A stretch of 64,000 bases of DNA from Octopus sinensis (taxonomy: Eukaryota), in assembly GCF_006345805.1 (NCBI RefSeq), contig NC_043009.1, positions 24,676,001 through 24,740,000 of the forward strand, given 5' to 3'. The first letter of the stretch is position 1. The number at the start of each line of letters is the position of its first letter. This document shows, piece after piece, positions 54,734-64,000 of the stretch. The translations under genes and the position numbers were made by a program. The notes under the pieces were generated by a model. That model did no database searches. It saw only the letters and a program-made list of their open reading frames with translations, and was not told where the DNA came from.

Positions 54734-54807
54734 ATATGTATATATATATATAATATAATATATGTATATATATTATATATATATATATATTATATATATA
54801 TATAATG

Positions 54808-54855
<48 letters not shown>

Positions 54856-55161
54856 ATATGAAATATATATGTGTGTGTATGTGTGTGCGTGTATATATGT
54901 ATATATATATTTCAGCGGTAGCAGAAAGTTTATTGTTGTTGTCGGTGGTGGTAGTGATAGTGTCGAGGGTGGTGCTTCGAGATTCTTATTCCTAAATACT
55001 CATGCAGAGGATAGTGACTGGAGATATTACGTATTTTTTTATTTTTATATATGTTGACTTGTATTGTTTAGTCGGTTGTTCGTATTCTTCTTTCTTTTTT
55101 TTCTTTTTCTTTGTGTCAATGAATGATAAAAGAGAACTATAAGTCACCTACACGCACCGAA

Positions 55162-55262
<101 letters not shown>

Positions 55263-55939
55263 CGTGTGTGTGTGTGTGCACGTACGTATGTATACGTATG
55301 TATATATGTTTGTATATATATATGCAGGTTTCTTCTTTTCGTTTAAAAAATGACAAAGGACTTAAACATTTATGTATAAACTCACACAAACACACGTTCA
55401 CAAACGCTCTCACACACAAACACTTACATACACACACACAAAAACACATGAATATACACACTAACACACTCATATACACATACGTATGTCTGTATGTACG
55501 GGTGGACGGATGTATGGATCGACATGTTGTGTGAGTACGTGTGTATGTTTGTATGTGTGTGTGTGCGGGTGTTTCTGTGTGTCTGTGTGAAAAGATTAAG
55601 TTTATTCATTGTGAAAGGGAGGAAGGAGGAATTTTAATCTGCAACATTTTTGTACGTTTCTCTGATAAAACAGGAAACGGATATTAAGGATTTCCCAACA
55701 ACAAACACACAAACAGCAAACGCCACACCAACAACGCCAGCAGCATCAGCAGCAGCAGCAGCAGCAACAACAACAACAACAACAACGGCAACAATAACAA
55801 GAACAACAAAACAAGCCAAATCCTATGTGAAGCGTTTAGCCTGATGTCAAAAATTAAAGGGCGGGTATCCCTCCACCCATTTGTTAGAAACGGTAGTTAG
55901 ATACCCTTCTAAATCAGCTGGAATGCCTCAAAATATGTA

Positions 55940-56175
55940 TTTATTTCTTTATTGCCCACAGGGGGCTAAACATAGAGGGGACAAACAAGGACAGACAAAC
56001 AGATTAAGTCGATTACATCGACCCTAGTGCGTAACTGGTACTTATTTAATCGACCCCGAAAGGATGAAAAGCTAAGTCGACTTCGGCGGAATTTGAATAC
56101 AGAACGTAACGGCAGACGAAATACGGCTACGCATTTCGCCCGGCGTGCTAACGTTTCTAGCAGCACGCCGCCCTA
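55940..56175 (-). mobile_element. SINE family B monomer ending in the Tx1-like tail
   Basis: Well-preserved body; tail TTTCTTTATTGCCCACAGGGGGCTAAACATAGA at 55944-55976 (as read on +). Confidence 0.85.
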
Positions 56176-56569
56176 AAATATATATCTTCAATCATAACTC
56201 ACATGAAGGTTCGAGTAGGGCTTGGCAACAACAAAAGCAAGTAATAACAGCTACTTCAGTCTGTGAAGCCTTGGTTTCCACAATTTATTTCGTTCTACTC
56301 CATGTACAGAACCAGCCGGATGTAAAAGACTTGCTTTAAAATTTTAGCCATATTCCTAATACATACATACATACGAGGTGGCTGCCCCCTCGTTATCGAG
56401 TATGGCCATTGCACGAAGCTTAATCAATGTTGTTATCGTGCAATGCCTGTGCAAGAATTTTTTTTTTTTAAGTGGGGAAAGGCTGTGCACTGAGTCGATC
56501 CCACTCACTAAGCAACATTAGCCATAATCCGAAAAGAAGAACAAGTCAACATCATCGGTAACCACTGAG

Positions 56570-56990
56570 CCGCAGGTTTTATGTTGAAGTTATCCCAGTT
56601 ACCTGAGTTACCTTCTCCTAGAAGGATGCCCTAACAAAGGCTAGGGGTCCTTCACTCCCAATGGTTTAACCTCGCGGTCGGGAATTCAGTCCGGTTATTT
56701 CTATGATACAGCTTTAAGATATTTATTACATAGCCGTTGACTCTCAGGAGTTCCTCCGCCCTTTGACGGGTTTTGTTTTTCATCCAGCTGGGTGTCCAAT
56801 AAACACCCTCCACACCAAGCAATTCCTGCTGTACTCTTTCGCCACAACTTTCTCTCACTTTTTCTTCTGTTGGCCTGCTCGTTTAGCCAGCGGGGTTGCG
56901 TCATTTGAAGGCTAAAACAATGCGAAGCGCATTGTGACCAGCGATGTGTTGCAACATCTGATAGCCTGGGCGATCACGTTGATCACGTTG
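56570..56990 (-). mobile_element. GC-richer island, possibly the 5' non-coding part of an RTE-like retroelement
   Basis: Composition and abrupt ends suggest an interspersed repeat; no ORF; only one copy here, so the assignment is tentative. Confidence 0.3.
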
Positions 56991-57490
56991 ATATATATGT
57001 ATATGTATGTATGTATGTATATAATTAAGAGAAATAACCTGTATTAAGCAATTCAATAGTGAAAGACATCTATATTATATAGAAAATATTTAAATATAAT
57101 TTATATAATGTTTTTCACTGAACTCGGAACCATATGGTTGGTAAGCAAGCTGGATGAAGGTGTTGTCTTACAGGTACGACAGCTCTTTGCGTGTGCTCGA
57201 ACTTAACGTCATGATTTATGCAAAAGTCAAGGAAATGCAGCCAGAAGTGGATGAATAAAAATATTAGGTAAATCCAGCCTCTTCAGTGTAAATCCGTCTT
57301 CAGTGTGGGGAATTAGGTATATGTGTGTGTGTGTGTGTATTTGTGTGTGTATCTGTTTACGCCTAAACAATGTACGTTTCGGGAAAGGATCTTCAGTTTT
57401 AAAATACAAGTTAAAACACAATTATAAACCACTGGGTTGTATTATAACTTGCGTTCTTTTCGAATTAATAAAACGAATGACACAAATACA

Positions 57491-57521
<31 letters not shown>

Positions 57522-58204
57522 TACACACACACACGCATACACACACACGTATATAAACACATATCTATATATACACGTGTTTATATATACAAGAAGATAT
57601 ACTTCCGTCAGGTCACGTGTGTGTATGTGTTTTCAATGTAGTTTCTCATGGAGAATTGAATTTGCGTTTAGTTTGCCTTATTTGTCTTTGATGAGTGTTG
57701 TTGCATGTAAAACGTTTTGAAATTGTGTCGTTATTTAAAATTCATCGCACAGATGTTTGTTTTGCTGTTCCAATATACACTTTATTAAATTTATGATTCC
57801 AAAGATAGATTCGGTCAAAAAGTTCAAAAATAAATAATGATTAAAAATGATATCAAATATAGCAAGGAGAATGTATATATATATGTGCGTGTGTGTGTGT
57901 GTGTGTTGCGAGTGTGAGTGTGTGTTGTGTGTGTGTGTGTGGTGTGTGTGTGCGTGAAGAAGTTTTAAGAAAAATATGAGAGAATCGAAAAATGAATACG
58001 AACGATAAAAGATATATTACCTTGAGAGAGGTAGTTCGTGATTGATACGAAGAGGAATTTATTCACGCAGATATGCATAAATGTATGTGTATATATATAT
58101 ATTTACGTGCATATATATATGTGTGTGTGTAAGACTGTATAGATGTATAAATATATATATACATATATATATATAAACACATACGAATACTTATATATAT
58201 ATGT

Positions 58205-58240
<36 letters not shown>

Positions 58241-58386
58241 CATAAAACAAATATAAACATACATATATTTACACACAGGAAGAGAGGGAGAGGGAGAGAA
58301 ATTGATAGATTGGTAAACAGATAATATATGTGTGTATATAGATATAACATATATAGAAGTAAAAATGTGATGCCTATGTACACACA

Positions 58387-58430
<44 letters not shown>

Positions 58431-58466
58431 TATATGTATATATATGTATACATATATATATACATA

Positions 58467-61400
58467 ATCAAGGAATGGCCATAATAGGCATTCACCCACT
58501 AGAAATAACAGCCAAAGCTTCAACCGCAAAATAACATTAATCCGCAAACCAGGAGAAAATTAAAAAAACATTTACCCTGTAATTTCTTATTATCGGCAGC
58601 AAAATAAGCCGCCGATTTCCATTACGGAATTAACCAGAAAATTCATAATTATCAATATAGGGTGGCAAAAAATTTCGTAGAATTTATTGCACCAGCGGCC
58701 TAGTGGGAAAAAAATTAAATAGTTAGACCATTTATAAGTTCAACATCACAATCAGGGAATGGCCATAATAGGCCATTCACCCACTAGAAATACGCCAAAG
58801 CTTCAACCCGCAAAAAACATTAATTCCGCAAACCAGGAGAAAATTAAAAAAACATTTACCCTGTAATTTCTTATTATCGGCAGCAAATATAAGCCGCCGA
58901 TTCCATTACGGAATTAACCAGAAAATTCAATTAATCAATATAGGGTGGCAAAAAATTTCGTAGGAATTTATTTGCCACCAGTGGCCTAGGGGGAAAAAAA
59001 TTAAATAGTCATAGACCATTTATAAGTTCAACATCACAATCAAGGAATGGCCATAATAGGCCATTCACCCACTAGAAATAACAGCCAAAGCTTCAACCGC
59101 AAAATAACATTAATTCCGCAAACCAGGAGAAAATAAAAAAACATTTACCCTGTAATTTCTTATTATCGGCAGCAAATATAAGCCGCCGATTCCATTACGG
59201 AATTAACCAGAAAATTCATAATAATCAATATAGGGTGGCAAAAAATCGTAGAATTTATTTGCCACCAGCGGCCTAGTGGAAAAAAATTAAATAGTCATAG
59301 ACCATTATAAGTTCAAAATCACAATCAGGAATGCCAATAGGCCATTCACCCACTAGAAATAACAGCCAAAGCTTCAACCGCAAATAACATTAATTCCGCA
59401 AACCAGGAGAAAATTAAAAAAAACTTTACCCTGTAATTTCTTATTATCGGCAGCAAATATAAGCCGCCGATTCCATTACGGAATTAACCAGAAAATTCAT
59501 AATTAATCAATATAGGTGGCAAAAAATTCGTAGAATTTATTGCCACCAGCGGCCTAGTGGGAAAAATTAAATAGTCATAGACCATTTTAAGTTCAACATC
59601 ACAATCAAGGAATGGCCATAATAGGCCATTCACCCACTAGAAATAACAGCCAAAGCTTCAACCGCAAAATAACATTAATTCCGCAAACCAGGAGAAAATT
59701 AAAAAAACATTTACCCTGTAATTTCTTATTATCGGCAGCAAATATAAGCGCGCGATTCCATTACGGAATTAAACAGAAATTCATAATTAATCAATATAGG
59801 GTGGCAAAAAAATTTCGTAGAATTTATTTGCCACCAGCGGCCTAGTGGGAAAAAAATTAAATAGTCATAGACCATTTATAAGTTCAACATCACAATCAAG
59901 GAATGGCCATAATAGGCCATTCACCCACTAGAAATAACAGCCAAAGCTTCAACCGCAAAATAACATTAATTCCGCAAACCAGGAGAAAATTAAAAAAAAC
60001 ATTTACCTGTAATTTCTTTATTATCGGCAGCAAATATAAGCCGCCGATTCCATTACGGAATTACCAGAAAATTCATAATTAATCAATATAGGGTGGCAAA
60101 AATTTCGTAGAATTTATTTGCCACCAGCGGGCCTAGTGGGAAAAAAATTAAATAGTCATAGACCATTTATAAGTTCAACATCACAATCAAGGATGGCCAT
60201 AATAGGCCATTCACCACTAGAAATAACAGCCAAAGCTTTCAACCGCAAAATAACATTAATTCCGCAAACCAGAGGAAAATTAAAAAAACATTTTACCCTG
60301 TAATTTCTTATATCGGACAGCAAATATAAGCCGCCGATTCCATTACGGAATTAACCAGAAAATTCATAATTAATCAATATAGGGGTGCAAAAAATTTCGT
60401 AGAATTTATTTGCCACCAGCGGCCTAGTGGGAAAAAAATTAAATAGTCATAGACCATTTATAAGTTCAACATCACAATCAAGGAATGGCCATAATAGGCC
60501 ATTCACCCACTAGAAATAACAGCCAAAGCTTCAACCGCAAAATAACATTAATTCCGCAAACCAGGAGAAAATTAAAAAAACATTTACCCTGTAATTTCTT
60601 ATTATCGGCAGCAAATATAAGCCGCCGATTCCATTACGGAATTAACCAGAAAATTCATAATTAATCAATATAGGGTGGCAAAAAATTTCGTAGAATTTAT
60701 TTGCCACCAGCGGCCTAGTGGGAAAAAAATTAAATAGTCATAGACCATTTATAAGTTCAACATCACAATCAAGGAATGGCCATAATAGGCCATTCACCCA
60801 CTAGAAATAACAGCCAAAGCTTCAACCGCAAAATAACATTAATTCCGCAAACCAGGAGAAAATTAAAAAAACATTTACCCTGTAATTTCTTATTATCGGC
60901 AGCAAATATAAGCCGCCGATTCCATTACGGAATTAACCAGAAAATCATAATTAATCAATATAGGGTGGCAAAAATTTCGTAGAATTTATTTGCCACCAGC
61001 GGCCTAGTGGGAAAAAAAATTAATAGTCATAGACCATTTATAAGTTCAACATCACAATCAAGGAATGGCCATAATAGGCCATTCACCACTAGAAATAACA
61101 GCCAAAGCTTCAACCGCAAATAAACATATTAATTCCGCAAACCAGGAGAAAATTAAAAAAAACATTTACCCTGTAATTTCTTATTATCGGCAGCAAATAT
61201 AAGCCGCCGATTCCATTACGGAATTAACCAGAAAATTCATAATAATCAATATAGGGTGGCAAAAAATTTTCGTAGAATTTATTTGCCACCAGCGGCTAGT
61301 GGGAAAAAAATTAAATAGTCATAGACCATTTATAAGTTCAACATCACAATCAAGGAATGGCCATAATAGGCCATTCACCCACTAGAATAACAGCCAAAGC

Positions 61401-62446
61401 TTCAACCGCAAAATAACATTAATTCCGCAAACCAGGAGAAAATTAAAAAACATTTACCCTGTAATTTCTTATTATCGGCAGCAATATAAAGCCGCCGATT
61501 CCATTACGGAATTAACAGAAAATTCATAATTAATCATATAGGGTGGCAAAAAATTTCGTAGAATTTATTTGCCACCAGCGGCCTAGTGGGAAAAAAATTA
61601 AATAGTCATAGACCATTTATAGTTCAACATCACAATCAAGGAATGGCCATAATAGGCCATTCACCCACTAGAAATAACAGCCAAAGCTTCAACCGCAAAA
61701 TAACATTAATTCCGCAAACCAGGAGAAAATTAAAAAAACATTACCCTGTAATTTCTTATTATCGGCAGCAAATATAAGCCGCCGATTCCATTACGGAATT
61801 AACCAGAAAATTCATAATTAATCAATATAGGGTGGCAAAAAATTCGTAGAATTTATTTGCCACCAGCGGCCTAGTGGGAAAAAATTAAATAGTCATAGAC
61901 CATTTATAAGTTCAACATCACAATCAAGGAATGGCCATAATAGGCCATTCACCCACTAGAAATAACAGCCAAAGCTTCAACCGCAAAATAACATAATTCA
62001 GCAAACCAAAACAACAAATCAGCAAACAGGAGAAATTAAAAAAACATTTACCCTGTATTTATTATCGGCAGCAAATATAAGCCGCCGATCATTACGGAAT
62101 TAACCAGAAATTCATAATTAATCAATATAGGGTGGCAAAAAATTTCGTAGAATTATTTGCCACCAGCGGCCTAGTGGGAAAAAAATTAAATAGTCATAGA
62201 CATTTATAGTTCAACATCACAATCAAGGAATTGCCATAATAGGCCATTCACCACTAGAAAATAACGCCAAAGCTTCAACCGCAAATAACATTAATCCGCA
62301 AACCAGGAGAAAATTAAAAAAACATTTACCCTGTAATTTCTTATTATCGGCAGCAAATATAAGCCGCCGATTCCATTACGGAATTAACCAGAAAATCATA
62401 ATTAATCAATATAGGGTGGCAAAAAATTTCGTAGAATTTATTTGCC
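58467..62446 (+). repeat. Tandem array of a 291-bp monomer, forward block (~13.7 units)
   Basis: ATCAAGGAATGGCC recurs, e.g. at 60477 and 60768; units differ mostly by 1-bp indels. Confidence 0.97.
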
Positions 62447-63730
62447 TAGTATGGCCATTCCTTGATTGTGATGTTGAACTTTAAATGGTCTATGACTATT
62501 TAATTTTTTTCCCACTAGGCCGCTGGTGGCAAATAAATTCTACGAAATTTTTTGCCAACCCTATATTGATTAATTATGAATTTTCTGGTTAATTCCGTAA
62601 TGGAATCGGCGGCTTATATTTGCTGCCGATAATAAGAAATTACAGGGTAAATGTTTTTTAATCTTCTCCTGGTTGCGGAATTAATGTTATTTTGCGGTTG
62701 AAGCTTTGGCTGTTATTTCTAGTGGTTGAATGGCCTATTATGGCCATTCCTTGATTGTGATGTTGAACTTATAAATGGTCTATGACTATTTAATTTTTTT
62801 CCCACTAGGCCGCTGGTGGCAAATAAATTCTACGAAATTTTTTGCCACCCTATATTGATTAATATGAATTTTCTGGTTAATTCCGTAATGGAATCGGCGG
62901 CTTATATTTGCTGCCGAGAATAAGAAATTACAGGGTAAATGTTTTTTTTAATTTTCCTGGTTTGCGGAATTAATGTTATTTTGCGGTTGAAGCTTTGGCT
63001 GTTATTTCTAGTGGGGTGAAGGCCCTATTATGGCCATTCCTTGATTGTGATGTGAACTTATAAATGGTCTATGACTATTTAATTTTTTTTCCACTAGGCC
63101 GCTGGTGGCAAATAAATTCTACGAAATTTTTGCCCACCTATATTGATTAATTATGAATTTTCTGGTTAATTCCGTAATGGAATCGGCGGCTTATATTTGC
63201 TGCCGATAATAAGAAATTACAGGGTAAATGTTTTTTTAATTTTCTCCTGGTTTGCGGAATTAATGTTATTTTGCGTTGAAGCTTTGGCTGTTATTTCTAG
63301 TGGGTGAATGCCTATTATGGCCATTCCTTGATTGTGATGTTGAACTTATAATGGTCTATGACTATTTAATTTTTTTCCCACTAGGCCGCGCGTGGCAAAT
63401 AAATTCTACGAAAATTTTTGCCACCCTATATTGATTAATTATGAATTTTCTGGTTAATCCGTAATAATGGAATCGGCGGCTTATATTTGCTCGATAATAA
63501 GAAATTACAGGGTAAATGTTTTTTTAATTTTCTCCTGGTTGCGGAATTAATGTTATTTTGCGGTTGAAGCTTTGGCTGTTATTTCTAGTGGGTGAAGGCC
63601 TTATTTGGCCATCCTTGATTGTGATGTTGAACTTATAAATGGTCTATGACTATTAATTTTTTTCCACTAGGCCCGCTGGTGGCAAATAAATTCTACGAAA
63701 TTTTTTGCCACACCTATATATGATTAATTA
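62447..63730 (-). repeat. Same 291-bp monomer, inverted block (~4.4 units)
   Basis: Reverse complement of the forward unit, from TAGTATGGCCATTCCTTGAT to ...GATTAATTA, then (TA)n. Confidence 0.97.
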
Positions 63731-63837
63731 TATATATACATATATATACATGTATATACATATATATATGTAGATACATACATTCGTACATATATATATA
63801 TATAATATATATAAAAGATATGTGTGTGGGTGGGTGT

Positions 63838-64000
63838 GATGCGCAATGGCCTAGTTGTTAGGGCACCGTACTCGCGGTCATAGTATCGCGGTTTCGATTC
63901 CCAGGCTGGGAATTGTTAGTGTTTATTGAGCGAAAACACTAAAATCTTCACGATGCTCCAGCAGGGGGTGGTGGCAAACTCTGCTGTACTATTTTACCAC
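63838..64000 (+). mobile_element. tRNA-derived SINE head and body (runs off the window)
   Basis: A box TGGCCTAGTTGTT, B box GGTTTCGATTCCC. Confidence 0.6.

Noticed and set aside
59612-61777. Recurring ORF MAIIGHSPTRNNSQSFNRKITLIPQ...
   Set aside because: It is the satellite monomer translated; its length depends on 1-bp indels and it has no recognisable motif.
58467-63730. CRISPR array, NUMT/12S rRNA or tRNA readings of the 291-bp array
   Set aside because: There are no variable spacers or cas genes. The resemblance of AATTTCGT..GCCACCAGCGG to a 12S motif lacks the invariant GTGCCAGC. GCC-A-CCA looks like a tRNA end, but there is no cloverleaf.

Overview
Animal genomic DNA that is AT-rich and saturated with microsatellites. 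The SINE types and repeat landscape fit an octopod cephalopod best, but that is my inference and not a database result. I found no host protein-coding gene, rRNA, intact tRNA or CRISPR array that I can support; most long entries in the ORF track are translations of microsatellites. The recognisable coding sequence is decayed retroelement: a Dong/R4-like C-terminal fragment (1282-1628), a CR1-group RT (7200-8455, minus) and a 5'-truncated Tx1/L1 ORF2 (42180-44635, minus) with two more Tx1 pieces nearby. The window also holds many tRNA-headed SINEs, Helitron/Helentron-type elements, MITEs, Penelope-type hammerhead relics, a 100-N gap, and a 5.3-kb array of a 291-bp monomer that flips orientation at about 62446. 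The best leads are: (1) the 291-bp monomer folds into five compatible nested stems and the array breakpoints fall at or near those stems; (2) retroelements appear to partition microsatellite targets, with Tx1 in (GATA)n and Dong in (TAA)n; (3) one SINE family shares the 3' tail of that Tx1; (4) a tRNA-like head is joined to a nearly intact minimal hammerhead ribozyme at 9193-9500.
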